A stretch of 64,000 nucleotides of DNA from an uncultured bacterium (GTDB lineage Bacteria; CSSED10-310; CAZUFC01). Position 1 is the first letter of the stretch, and each line of letters opens with the position of its first letter. Below the pieces are notes generated by a model that was not told the DNA's origin, did not search any database, and saw only the letters and a program-made list of their open reading frames with translations. The DNA lies in NCBI GenBank assembly GCA_964619725.1, contig CAZUFC010000004.1, forward strand, positions 64,001 to 128,000, written 5' to 3'. The position numbers and the translations under genes are program-made. Of the stretch, positions 29,170 to 38,463 are shown piece by piece.

Positions 29170-29223
29170 AATTCAGGCGACGGCCGAACTTCGAAATTCT
29201 GACTTTAATCGAACTGCCAGGCA

Positions 29224-30903
29224 TTAATCCGTTTTTCTGTGATAGACCGCAAAATCTTCTATGGCGGTAATTCGTTTATAATCAGACTCCAAATAATCAT
29301 AAAGCTCCGGGAAATTTCGTAATTGCACTTCAGAGGTGAACAGTTCCAAATCATTCCTATCTCTCTTCAACACCAGAAAAAGCTCAGGCTTGTTCTTTTT
29401 TAATTCCTCGATGCATATCCGTCTTCGCTTTGTTTTGTTCCATTCGATTACCGAAAGGGGATAATCAAAAATGAACCGGGAGGCAGGTCGGCGGTCGCTT
29501 AGAGCATAAACAAGAGGTTCATATCCCCAGATGAAAATTTTTTCTGAATCCTGGACTTCCTTTTTGATATAATCAGCTACGAGCACATCAGCATAATAAT
29601 TAAAATCATTGAGTCCCCACCTGAATCGAGAATAAAAAATTTTTCGACTCAGTTCTCCTTTATAGTAGTCCCAATATCCCTGAGATTTGTAATATCTTGA
29701 ATGAAATGCCGTATAAGGAACCAAAGAGGCCGCAAATAAAGCGCAGAATAAATATTTCAGAAAAGACGAATAAGGTCTGCGGGTTAATTGCATTATCCAG
29801 TTTTGTCCGAGCGATGCCATTATCGCCAGGGGTAAAACGATATTCTGGTAGTGATACAGCCAGAATTTTCTTTGAACGAATACGCTGCAAAGAACAGCGA
29901 TCCACCATAACAGGGGGATTGCTGCGTATCGTATGTCAACGGAACGCCTTCCGGCAACTAAACCGATGATTCCCAGTAAAGACAAAATGTAGAGAGGAAA
30001 CAAATAGGGGAAAGCAAACAGTATTCTCGGCCATAGTGGGAGCGTACCCATAGAAATTGACCCGGCGCTTGAATGATAAAGATTGAAAATTATCGTCGCT
30101 TCGACGAATTCGGACAGAATGCCGGCAAAATAAAGTAATGGAAAAAAGAGCATCCAAAGAAAGGCACAACCAAAACAAAACCAGAAGAGGGATTTTAACT
30201 TGTTTGTTTTTCCATGAATTGCTGCTGCAGCCATACAAACCGGAACGAGAAGGACGGCGGTGGTTTTTGCCGTAAGGGCCAGGCTGATGCATAATCCTGC
30301 CAGAAATTCATTGAAGTAAATCCAATGGCCTTTTTCAACCCTGCGGGTTCTTCTTAAAATCAACAATAAGCTGCATAACATGAAAAAGTCGATTAGAATT
30401 TCAGCTTGCAGTCGATTCCAGTAGCCTCCGAAGGGTAGCCTGTTGAAAAATATCAGATAAAGGAAAAGAGCGAATAAAGAGAAAAAATGTTTCTTTATCG
30501 GACGCTTTTCGAAATCTTCGGCCGGATAAATCAGTCGCAGCAAGACGCCGCTCAACTTGTACAGCAAAATTCCATTGAGCAGAACGATGATTATTTCCAT
30601 TATTGTTATTCCGATAAAATCATGAAAGAACACTTGAGCGACCATGTAAACAAAATACACGCACGGAGGTTTATGATCCCAAATATCCTGGTAAGGTTTT
30701 TCACCATTAAGCATGCCTTCTGCGACCACCCAGAAAACTCCCTGATCTCTTCCAGGAGGTTCAATTAAATCCGGCATACGAATCAATACTCCGAACAACA
30801 GAATGACCATGAATATTAAATTCAGTTTCAGATGTGATTTTTGGTTCATATCAGGATGTTCTGTTCTAATGGAATCATTCCGAATCCCTGCTGATCGGCG
30901 CAT
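29224..30903 (-). CDS. Polytopic GT-C fold glycosyltransferase (ArnT/GT39-like)
   Basis: RDQG..W, PYQDIWDHKPP motif, many TM helices, C-terminal IFIWG periplasmic domain; start may be 30849. Confidence 0.8.
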   Translation of the reverse strand: MRRSAGIRNDSIRTEHPDMNQKSHLKLNLIFMVILLFGVLIRMPDLIEPPGRDQGVFWVVAEGMLNGEKPYQDIWDHKPPCVYFVYMVAQVFFHDFIGITIMEIIIVLLNGILLYKLSGVLLRLIYPAEDFEKRPIKKHFFSLFALFLYLIFFNRLPFGGYWNRLQAEILIDFFMLCSLLLILRRTRRVEKGHWIYFNEFLAGLCISLALTAKTTAVLLVPVCMAAAAIHGKTNKLKSLFWFCFGCAFLWMLFFPLLYFAGILSEFVEATIIFNLYHSSAGSISMGTLPLWPRILFAFPYLFPLYILSLLGIIGLVAGRRSVDIRYAAIPLLWWIAVLCSVFVQRKFWLYHYQNIVLPLAIMASLGQNWIMQLTRRPYSSFLKYLFCALFAASLVPYTAFHSRYYKSQGYWDYYKGELSRKIFYSRFRWGLNDFNYYADVLVADYIKKEVQDSEKIFIWGYEPLVYALSDRRPASRFIFDYPLSVIEWNKTKRRRICIEELKKNKPELFLVLKRDRNDLELFTSEVQLRNFPELYDYLESDYKRITAIEDFAVYHRKTD

Positions 30904-31185
30904 TCCCTCATTGGCACAAATTCATAATAACAGTCCGGCTGTTTTTTTCAATCAAAAATGCTGTCATATTTTTCATGAGTTTCTATTGACAAACGGTGAG
31001 TTTTTCCAAAGCCGGCGTCAGCTTACTGTTTTTCTCCATTACCCTCTGAGTAATATGCCTTCCCGGCAAATTTCGGTTTTAAACTATAACTTTTTTCGAT
31101 ATATTAAAGGGGGAAACGCTGAATCGCTTTGTGGACGTATGCATTTCAGAAAAGTTTAAACTATCGCAACCAAAGGAGAAGCAAA

Positions 31186-31923
31186 TTGCTGATTTTAGCT
31201 GTCGATACGGCCACCCGTTGCAGCAGCGCAGCGCTGCTCGACGATGATCTGCCTTTAGCTGAAGAGACGGTCTTATCGGCTCACACACACTTGGCGAATT
31301 TAATGCCTTCAATAGACAGGCTTCTATCAAGAATTGACGCTGATATTAAAGATATTGATTTGTTCGCTGCTGCAGCAGGACCCGGCTCATTTACGGGGTT
31401 GAGAGTAGGAGTAACGACAATAAAAACACTGTCCTTCAGTCTAAAGAAACCTGCTTTGGGAATATCCACGCTGGAGGGATTAGCATGTAATGTTCGCGAG
31501 CACGCGGGATTTATAGCGCCGATGATCGATGCAAGAAAAAAAGAAATATTTGCAGCTCTTTATCAATCGAACGGCAGAGAATTACGCCTGTCTGCAGGTC
31601 CTTTCGTAGAACCTGTTGAGAAATTCATCGCTCGAATCGAAAAACCGGCTCTTCTCGTCGGCAATGCAATAGATGCATATAAGCGCCGAATAGCCGATTG
31701 CGAATCCGATGCATTGACCTTAAGCGACAGAGATCGCAGCATACATCACGCTTCCAGTATAGGGCGCCTGGCATTTAAACGTTTTGAAGCAAAAAAAGAG
31801 GAAACTGTTTTTGAATGGAGTATGGAATATTCAAGTAATGTAAATCCCGTATATGTCAGACGGCCGGAAGCTGAAATCAATAGACTGAAAAGAAAAGAAA
31901 AAAATGAAAAAAACTCTTTATAA
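31186..31923 (+). CDS. tsaB: t6A biosynthesis protein TsaB
   Basis: ILAVDTAT, GPGSFTGLRVG, DARKKE, PVYVR; TTG start after an AAGGAG RBS. Confidence 0.95.
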   Translation: MLILAVDTATRCSSAALLDDDLPLAEETVLSAHTHLANLMPSIDRLLSRIDADIKDIDLFAAAAGPGSFTGLRVGVTTIKTLSFSLKKPALGISTLEGLACNVREHAGFIAPMIDARKKEIFAALYQSNGRELRLSAGPFVEPVEKFIARIEKPALLVGNAIDAYKRRIADCESDALTLSDRDRSIHHASSIGRLAFKRFEAKKEETVFEWSMEYSSNVNPVYVRRPEAEINRLKRKEKNEKNSL

Positions 31924-32914
31924 CGGTTTTCTGCAACAATACGCGGTAAAAAGAAATCTGGCTTTCAACAAATCAAGGCTATCATCTTTTGGAAAACTAA
32001 AAGGAACTGTTGCTGGAGCTAACGTTGAAATTACATGGACCGATCGTCTGCCGGGTTATGCTGGAAAGCAAGGCAGAAAATCTAAAAAGGAATATTTTAC
32101 ACGCGTCGCCGTCTATTTCTTCGGCGGATTAGCGAAAAAAAAATTGGAATCATCTTCTTTTCTTCACGTGACAAATGATCCCGAAAGTTCATCTTACGTT
32201 ATTGAATATAATCCACGCTATTTTCATAAAGAAAACGAACAACTGGAGACGCTCCTTAACGAATTTGAATGGTCTGATCATATTATCGACATCAGCCTGT
32301 TTCCGGCGACTGAGAAAACCCGAAGTCAAGTCATCATTCATCATGAAGGACTGGTGCAAAGATCGGAGCTGCTGGACAAATTGTTGAAAATCGCTCTTTA
32401 CATAACATCGGTCATGACGGGCGAACATTTTTCAGAATACAGTTTTGAATTGATCGAGCCGGTTTTCAAGCCTGTGAAGAAGCGGCGATCAGCGGCTGCA
32501 TTCATCATCATTCTGGTATGCCTTATCGCTTTAGGGGCTTTTGTTTTCTACAACAAAGAAAAAATAAAGGAATCTGGTTTTTATGAGAATCTGCGACAAA
32601 TAAACTTGCCTTTCGCCGGTTTTCAGTCAAGGCCTGAACAGGCGCGGCAAGATTTACAAGAGTTGGTCAATTTATTGAACGAGTATTTTCTGAATAATCA
32701 GAATGTTTATCCTGACTCATTGGCGACAATGATTCCTGAATACATTGAGGAAATCCCGAAAGACCCGTGGGGAGCTGTTTACAATTACAGGAAATTCAAC
32801 GAGACCGAATACGTTTTGTATACATTCGGAAAAGACGGCAGGCGAGGCGGAGAAGATGCGGCCCGGGACATAATAGTGGACAGCGGAATAATCATGGAAG
32901 AAACGAACCAGTAA
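31904..32914 (+). CDS. Membrane protein with a C-terminal GspG (type II secretion pseudopilin)-like domain
   Basis: Single central TM helix; C-terminal YP.SL..IPKDPWG..Y.Y...G.DG..GGE...DI motif. Confidence 0.7.
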   Translation: MKKTLYNGFLQQYAVKRNLAFNKSRLSSFGKLKGTVAGANVEITWTDRLPGYAGKQGRKSKKEYFTRVAVYFFGGLAKKKLESSSFLHVTNDPESSSYVIEYNPRYFHKENEQLETLLNEFEWSDHIIDISLFPATEKTRSQVIIHHEGLVQRSELLDKLLKIALYITSVMTGEHFSEYSFELIEPVFKPVKKRRSAAAFIIILVCLIALGAFVFYNKEKIKESGFYENLRQINLPFAGFQSRPEQARQDLQELVNLLNEYFLNNQNVYPDSLATMIPEYIEEIPKDPWGAVYNYRKFNETEYVLYTFGKDGRRGGEDAARDIIVDSGIIMEETNQ

Positions 32915-32930
32915 AATTGGATAATTAAAA

Positions 32931-32968
32931 AAAAGAAGCCTGACCATGTATGGCAGGCTTCTTCTTTT
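32931..32968. terminator. Bidirectional intrinsic terminator
   Basis: AAGAAGCCTG(A)CCAT / ATGGCAGGCTTCTT stem flanked by A and T tracts, between convergent genes. Confidence 0.8.
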
Positions 32969-32977
32969 CGTGATTCA

Positions 32978-34228
32978 TTACAGCCCATATTGAGCGATTA
33001 TTTCTTTTTTGTCTTTGCCTAGAATATCGTATTTCTTGCCGACTTTGATGAATGCTTCAATGGCTTTGTCGAGGTGCTCACGGGTATGAACGGCTGATAT
33101 TTGAGTCCTGATTCTAGCTTGACCTTTGGGAACGACGGGAAAAGCGAAGCCGATGACGTAAATGCCTTCGTAATAAAGGTCTCGGGCCATATCCTGAGCG
33201 AGTTTAGCATTGTAAAGCATAATAGGAGCGATGGGGTGAATTCCCTCTTTTATATCGAATCCGGCTTCAGTCATTTTTTTCCGGAAATACATCGTATTTT
33301 CTTCCAGAATATCTCTTCTTTCAGTAGTTTTGGTTATAATGTCCATAACGGCATTAGCGGCTGAAACGACGACAGAGGGCATTGAATTGGAAAAGAGATA
33401 GGGTCGCGCTTTTTGTCTGCATAGTTCGACGATTTCCTTCCGGCCGCTGACGCATCCTCCGGCCGCACCGCCTAATGCTTTGCCGAGCGTAGTGGTTATG
33501 GCATCTATCCTGCCTAAAACTCCGAAATGTTCATGCGTTCCGCGCCCCTTCTTACCGACGAAACCTGTGGCGTGTGAATCGTCAACAAGTACCATGGCGC
33601 CGTATTTTTCTGCCAGATCGCACATTTCGTCCAATTTCGCCAGGTCACCGTCCATAGAAAAAACGCCGTCTGTTATGATCATGCTGAATCGACAATCTTC
33701 TTTGGCTTCTTTTAATTTCTTTTCCAGATGTCGCATATTGGAATGCTTATACACATAGTGCTGCGCCTTACACAATCGCATTCCATCTACTATGCTGGCG
33801 TGAACCAGCTTGTCTGCAATCATGGCATCTTCAGGTCCCAGAACGGCTTCAAACACGCCTGCGTTGGCATCCATGCACGAGGGAAATAAAATTGTGTCTT
33901 CAGTGCACAAAAAGTCCGTCAGTTTCTTTTCTAAGGATCGATGAATGTCCTGCGTCCCGCAAATGAAACGAACCGAAGACATTCCATATCCTCTTTCGTC
34001 CAATCCTTCATGGGCCGCTTTAACAACATCGGGATGACTGGATAATCCTAAATAATTATTCGCACAGAAGTTTATAACAGTTTGCTTCGGAGCTCCCTTG
34101 GGGAATTCCACCTCGATGTCTGCTCCTTGAGGTGAATGGATGAAGCGTTCTTCTTTAAATAGCCCCTGTTCTTTTATGCTGTCCAGTTCTCCTTGAAATG
34201 TGTTCCTGATAGTATCTGGATAAGCCAT
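32978..34228 (-). CDS. kbl: Glycine C-acetyltransferase (2-amino-3-ketobutyrate CoA ligase)
   Basis: NFCANNYLGL, SSVRFICGTQ, HASIVDG, TDGVFSMDG, DDSHATG, TLGKALGG, RPYLFSNS. Confidence 0.92.
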   Translation of the reverse strand: MAYPDTIRNTFQGELDSIKEQGLFKEERFIHSPQGADIEVEFPKGAPKQTVINFCANNYLGLSSHPDVVKAAHEGLDERGYGMSSVRFICGTQDIHRSLEKKLTDFLCTEDTILFPSCMDANAGVFEAVLGPEDAMIADKLVHASIVDGMRLCKAQHYVYKHSNMRHLEKKLKEAKEDCRFSMIITDGVFSMDGDLAKLDEMCDLAEKYGAMVLVDDSHATGFVGKKGRGTHEHFGVLGRIDAITTTLGKALGGAAGGCVSGRKEIVELCRQKARPYLFSNSMPSVVVSAANAVMDIITKTTERRDILEENTMYFRKKMTEAGFDIKEGIHPIAPIMLYNAKLAQDMARDLYYEGIYVIGFAFPVVPKGQARIRTQISAVHTREHLDKAIEAFIKVGKKYDILGKDKKEIIAQYGL

Positions 34229-34282
34229 CTTTCCTCCTTCATAGATTTCATTCAGGAAATTTCGCTAAAAAAATCATTAAAC

Positions 34283-34552
34283 TTATTTTAGTTGATCTTC
34301 AGGTACGTACTCCTTTAAAAGCTCTATAATGCTGTTGACGGAGTCGAAAGCGTCGGGGGTCGCTTTAGCATCAGGTATCTGGATTTTGAATTTTTTCTCA
34401 AGATACGTTTTCAAAGAAACCATGGAGAAGGAGTCGACGATTCCGCTTGAAATAAGAGGCGTATCCGCCTCGATATCCATTTCATCATCATCATCTTCTT
34501 CTTCAAGATATTCATCCTCAATGTATTCAATTATTTCATCTTTTAAGGCCAT
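34283..34552 (-). CDS. Stand-alone acyl/aminoacyl carrier protein
   Basis: 89 aa, very acidic, LISSGIVDSFSMV phosphopantetheine motif (Ser41). Confidence 0.9.
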   Translation of the reverse strand: MALKDEIIEYIEDEYLEEEDDDDEMDIEADTPLISSGIVDSFSMVSLKTYLEKKFKIQIPDAKATPDAFDSVNSIIELLKEYVPEDQLK

Positions 34553-34574
34553 AATTCACGTCTCCTTTCGTAAT

Positions 34575-36275
34575 TTATTCTTCTTCAAGTGTTGAAGTGT
34601 CCCCGATGGGTTCACCAGTTTCTTTTGCCCTTAGAAGCCGCCGCATAATTTTCCCGCTTCTGGTCTTCGGAAGAGAAGGAACGAATTCTATTTCCTGGGG
34701 CATAGCCAATGGAGAGAGCCGTTTTCGAATATGATTCATGATCGAAAGTTCCATATCATCGTCGTGTTCGAATTCCGGTTTAAGCGCGATGAAAGCCTTG
34801 ACTACTTCCATATTTATCGGATCGGGTTTTCCGATGGCGGCGGATTCGGCGACAGCCGGATGCTCCAGCAACGCTGATTCAATCTCAAAAGGACTGACCA
34901 GATGACCGCCGGTATTTATAACGTCGTCATCACGGCCGACGAACCAGAAATAACCCTCCTCGTCGATTCGGCTTCTGTCGCCGGTTATGTACCAACCGTT
35001 TTTAAATTTTTCTTTGTACACGTATTCATTTTTCCAATAGTTGCGAAACATGGAGGGCCATTTCGGTTTGAGAGCCAGTAATCCCAACTGACCGGCCTTT
35101 TCCACAGGCTCATACGTTTTAGGCTTTAAAACGGCAGCCTCTATTCCGGGAAACGGTTTACCCATCGAACCCGGCTTAATCTTCATGCCCGGATAATTCG
35201 CAATCATGATGCTGCCGGTTTCTGTCTGCCACCATGTGTCATGGAAAGGCAGACCGTATGCTTCCTCAGACCATACTACGGCCTCGGGATTTAACGGTTC
35301 TCCCACGCTGCACAAGTGTCTCAACGATGACAGATCGTATTTTTTGATTATCTCTTTCCCTTCACGCATGAGCAGGCGGATAGCCGTCGGAGCGGAATAC
35401 CAGACTGTTATTCTATGCTTCTGGATGGCCTCATACCACCTTGAAGGAAAAAAACCGCTGTCGAGGACATACTGAGTAATTCCAAGGCTCCAGGGTCCGA
35501 TTATTCCGTATGAGGTTCCTGTTACCCAGCCCGGGTCTGCTGTACACCAATAAATGTCGTTTTCATCCAGATCGAGAACCCATTTCGTCGACAGATATTG
35601 AGAAAAAATTGAACTGTGAACGTGCAAAGCCCCTTTCGGCTGTCCCGTTGTTCCCGATGTGTAATGAAGGACAGAAGGCGTTTCTTCATCCGTTTCGCAT
35701 ATATCGAAATGTTCCTTCCTGGGCGCAGCTTCCACTGAAAAGGGAATTTCTTTTTCCTTTAAGGTTTTTTCGCCGGCATCGATAACGATTATATGCTTTA
35801 AGTCAGGCAGCTTCTCTTTTATCGGTCTGACCTTCCTCAACAATTTTCGCATCGTAATGATTACATTGGCCCCTGAATTTTCTATCCTCGTCAATAATGA
35901 TTCCTCACCAAAGGCCGAAAATAGCGGAACCACAACACAACCGTTCTTTAATATTCCTAAAAAGGAAATATAAAGCTCCGGGACCCTGTCAAGATATAGA
36001 CATACTCGCTCGCCTTTGTTTACGCCGAGTTCTTTAAGCAAATTCGCGAATGCGTTGCTGTAATATCGCAGGTCGTTGAAGGTGTATTCTTTTGACTCTC
36101 CCTTGAAGTTTTCCCACAATAATGCCTTTTTTTCTCCGAGTCCGAGCTCGCATATTCTGTCGCTGCAATAATACCCTATATTGATGGATTCGCCTGGTTT
36201 ATAATTCAGTTCGCGCTTGGCAATGTCCCAAGAGAAGTTTTTTCTGGCTTCTTCATAATTACCGATGTTGTTCAT
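34575..36275 (-). CDS. acsA: AMP-forming acetate--CoA ligase family enzyme
   Basis: YTSGTTGQPKG, TADPGWVTG, SVGEP, DTWWQTETG, LPKTRSGKIMRR. Confidence 0.9.
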   Translation of the reverse strand: MNNIGNYEEARKNFSWDIAKRELNYKPGESINIGYYCSDRICELGLGEKKALLWENFKGESKEYTFNDLRYYSNAFANLLKELGVNKGERVCLYLDRVPELYISFLGILKNGCVVVPLFSAFGEESLLTRIENSGANVIITMRKLLRKVRPIKEKLPDLKHIIVIDAGEKTLKEKEIPFSVEAAPRKEHFDICETDEETPSVLHYTSGTTGQPKGALHVHSSIFSQYLSTKWVLDLDENDIYWCTADPGWVTGTSYGIIGPWSLGITQYVLDSGFFPSRWYEAIQKHRITVWYSAPTAIRLLMREGKEIIKKYDLSSLRHLCSVGEPLNPEAVVWSEEAYGLPFHDTWWQTETGSIMIANYPGMKIKPGSMGKPFPGIEAAVLKPKTYEPVEKAGQLGLLALKPKWPSMFRNYWKNEYVYKEKFKNGWYITGDRSRIDEEGYFWFVGRDDDVINTGGHLVSPFEIESALLEHPAVAESAAIGKPDPINMEVVKAFIALKPEFEHDDDMELSIMNHIRKRLSPLAMPQEIEFVPSLPKTRSGKIMRRLLRAKETGEPIGDTSTLEEE

Positions 36276-36339
36276 TTATCAAGACTCCTTTTTGATTTGA
36301 AGCTGAAGATAGGTTCAGATCGCGTTTGGAGCGGTTTCT

Positions 36340-37398
36340 TTATTCTTCACCCGGCATGGGATAAAAAACTATTTTAGATGAGCTTCTTGTTGGGTCCGCA
36401 GCAAGCTCAAGGCCTTCTATCGCTTTTGAAAACGGCATCGTATGAGTTATTACGGGGGTCGGATCCACAAGTTGATTGTTTAACAATCGGCTGATCTGTA
36501 TCCAGGTCTCAAACATCTTACGACCGTTAATGCCGATTATATTGGCTCCCTTGAAGATTATATTATTCGCCAAGTCAAACTTGATCGGCTCAGGAGGTAT
36601 GCCGAACGCAGTGTAAGACCCTCCGCGTCTCAACATCGCAAAGGCGTCCGCAACTGCTTTCTCGTTGCCCGCCATGTCCAATACTACATCTACTCCGCCG
36701 TTTGTGCTCTCAAGTATTCGTTCAATGTAATCCTTCTCTTTCATTACATTATATGTGTAATCAGCTCCCATCTTCCTGCAAATGTCGAGATTGAAATCCT
36801 GCATACCAATATTGTAAATCTTCGCTGCTCCCACAGCACGAGATATCCCGACGGCAAAAGCCGCAATCGGTCCGTCGCCCACTACGCCTACTCGCTGCAA
36901 AGATACACGACTTTCCATAACTGTGTATGTCGCATTGCCGAACGGTTCCTGAATGGATGCTATCACTGGAGAAAGTGATGCAGCGTTTTTCCAGCAGCAT
37001 ACCTCCGGAACGGTTATGTATTCGGCAAAACTTCCATTCCTGTCTACACCCAGAATCTCGACGTTTGAACATATATGCATCTGTCCCGTTAAGCATTGAA
37101 GACAATTTTGGCAGGGAATATGGGTTTCACCCGAAACATAATCACCTATCTTGATGTTTCTGACGCCCGAACCAATCTCCACCACTTCGCCTGCGAATTC
37201 ATGTCCGAGAATTTGCGGGGTTTTAATGCGACTTTGAGACCATTTATCCCAAGTGTATATGTGAACGTCGGTTCCGCATACAGATGTCGCTTTTATTTTA
37301 ATCAAAGCTTCATTTTCACCCGGAATGGGTCGATCAACCTCAACCATCTCAGCTCCATAATCGGGCTTTAGCTTCACTATCGCTTTCATCTTTTTCAA
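36340..37398 (-). CDS. tdh: L-threonine 3-dehydrogenase-like zinc dehydrogenase
   Basis: CGTDVHIY.WD.W, GHEFAG, ETHIPC..C..C...HIC, EPFGNA, GINGRKMFETW. Confidence 0.88.
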   Translation of the reverse strand: MKKMKAIVKLKPDYGAEMVEVDRPIPGENEALIKIKATSVCGTDVHIYTWDKWSQSRIKTPQILGHEFAGEVVEIGSGVRNIKIGDYVSGETHIPCQNCLQCLTGQMHICSNVEILGVDRNGSFAEYITVPEVCCWKNAASLSPVIASIQEPFGNATYTVMESRVSLQRVGVVGDGPIAAFAVGISRAVGAAKIYNIGMQDFNLDICRKMGADYTYNVMKEKDYIERILESTNGGVDVVLDMAGNEKAVADAFAMLRRGGSYTAFGIPPEPIKFDLANNIIFKGANIIGINGRKMFETWIQISRLLNNQLVDPTPVITHTMPFSKAIEGLELAADPTRSSSKIVFYPMPGEE

Positions 37399-37511
37399 TG
37401 CTTTACTCTCTCCTTTTTAAATATTTTTGCTTTCTTCGAAATTTGCTTATTAATTCATCAAAAGACAAGATCATTACCGCTTGCGTTGCAGCGACCCTAA
37501 ATCAAAAAGCG

Positions 37512-37802
37512 TCAGAATTTTACCAGCGAGCCGTCCACGAGTATCTCGTCGATTATGCCGACAACTACCGTTCGCACCGGCGCTCTCTTGTTATCAAGGA
37601 TAAGTCGTGCTGAATTGCCTTCGTCAAGAACCAGAACCGTATCTCCGATACCGGCATCCACTTCACTGCATAAAGCCATCTGAGCGTCGCCGGTCTCGTT
37701 CAATTCCCTGTCTAAACGTCGTACAAGCAACATCCTGTGATTTTTCAGTTCCGGGTGCTTAGCTGTCGCCCAAACATTTCCTACTACCCTCGCTACAAAC
37801 AC
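37512..37802 (-). CDS. BMC vertex protein (EutN/CcmL, BMC-P)
   Basis: MFVARVVGNVWATAK...DAGIGDTVLV..EGNSAR..VVGIID. Confidence 0.93.
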   Translation of the reverse strand: MFVARVVGNVWATAKHPELKNHRMLLVRRLDRELNETGDAQMALCSEVDAGIGDTVLVLDEGNSARLILDNKRAPVRTVVVGIIDEILVDGSLVKF

Positions 37803-37804
37803 TA

Positions 37805-38074
37805 TTACACCTCATTAAAATCAGCGCCGTCAATAATCCCTACGATTGCGGCATCAACCGCCGGAACTGTTTTGTAGGATACAGCCGCCTCACGCGAACC
37901 CACATAAAACACGAACTCCTTATAACCCGCTCCTACAGTGTCTATAGCCACGATCGGGTCTCCCCGGGGATTCCGTTTCCAATCTGTCGGCTGCAATAAA
38001 ATCAACTTCAAACCCTCTAACGGCTCATCCTTCCTGGTTGCTACTACACGGCCAATAACGATTCCTGGCTTCAT
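37805..38074 (-). CDS. BMC vertex protein (EutN/CcmL, BMC-P)
   Basis: VIGRVVATRK...AIDTVGAG...SREA..DAAIVGIID. Confidence 0.93.
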   Translation of the reverse strand: MKPGIVIGRVVATRKDEPLEGLKLILLQPTDWKRNPRGDPIVAIDTVGAGYKEFVFYVGSREAAVSYKTVPAVDAAIVGIIDGADFNEV

Positions 38075-38077
38075 ACC

Positions 38078-38395
38078 TTATTTCTTTCCGAAATACTCCT
38101 GAGTTCGTGACTTATCGAAGACGATGCGGCCGTCACGCTCAATTAAATCCACTATCGCCATGATTGCACAGTCACAAGGAGACCCCTCCGTTAATGAGGT
38201 TTGTCTCGCTGACGAACCGGAGGCGAACAATATCAATTCTCCCTCTCCGGCGCCTACAGCATCGACTGCCACCAGAACCGTTTCTGATGGTTCAAAATTA
38301 AGGTCAACCGGCTGGATAATCAACAGCTTCCGGCCGCCTATTCTTTCTTCTTTTTGCGTCGCTACGACATTTCCTATTACTATGGCAAATTTCAT
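38078..38395 (-). CDS. BMC vertex protein (EutN/CcmL, BMC-P)
   Basis: VIGNVVATQK...AVDAVGAGEGE...GSSAR..DCAIMAIVD. Confidence 0.93.
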   Translation of the reverse strand: MKFAIVIGNVVATQKEERIGGRKLLIIQPVDLNFEPSETVLVAVDAVGAGEGELILFASGSSARQTSLTEGSPCDCAIMAIVDLIERDGRIVFDKSRTQEYFGKK

Positions 38396-38433
38396 TTGTT
38401 CCTCAAGTGTTCAGCGAAAAAAAACACCGAAGG

Positions 38434-38463
38434 AATTTACCATATGGGTCTCCGGGATGTCAA
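38434..38463 (-). promoter_or_regulatory. Sigma70-type promoter for the BMC-P genes
   Basis: Minus strand TTGACA-18 nt-TAAATT with an extended TG, about 40 nt upstream of the ATG at 38395. Confidence 0.6.

Noticed and set aside
32978-36275. Sphingolipid or sulfonolipid synthesis cluster (Spt, ACP, ligase)
   Set aside because: The PLP enzyme carries Kbl-specific motifs and the ligase has the short-chain DTWWQTE pocket; kept only as an analogy
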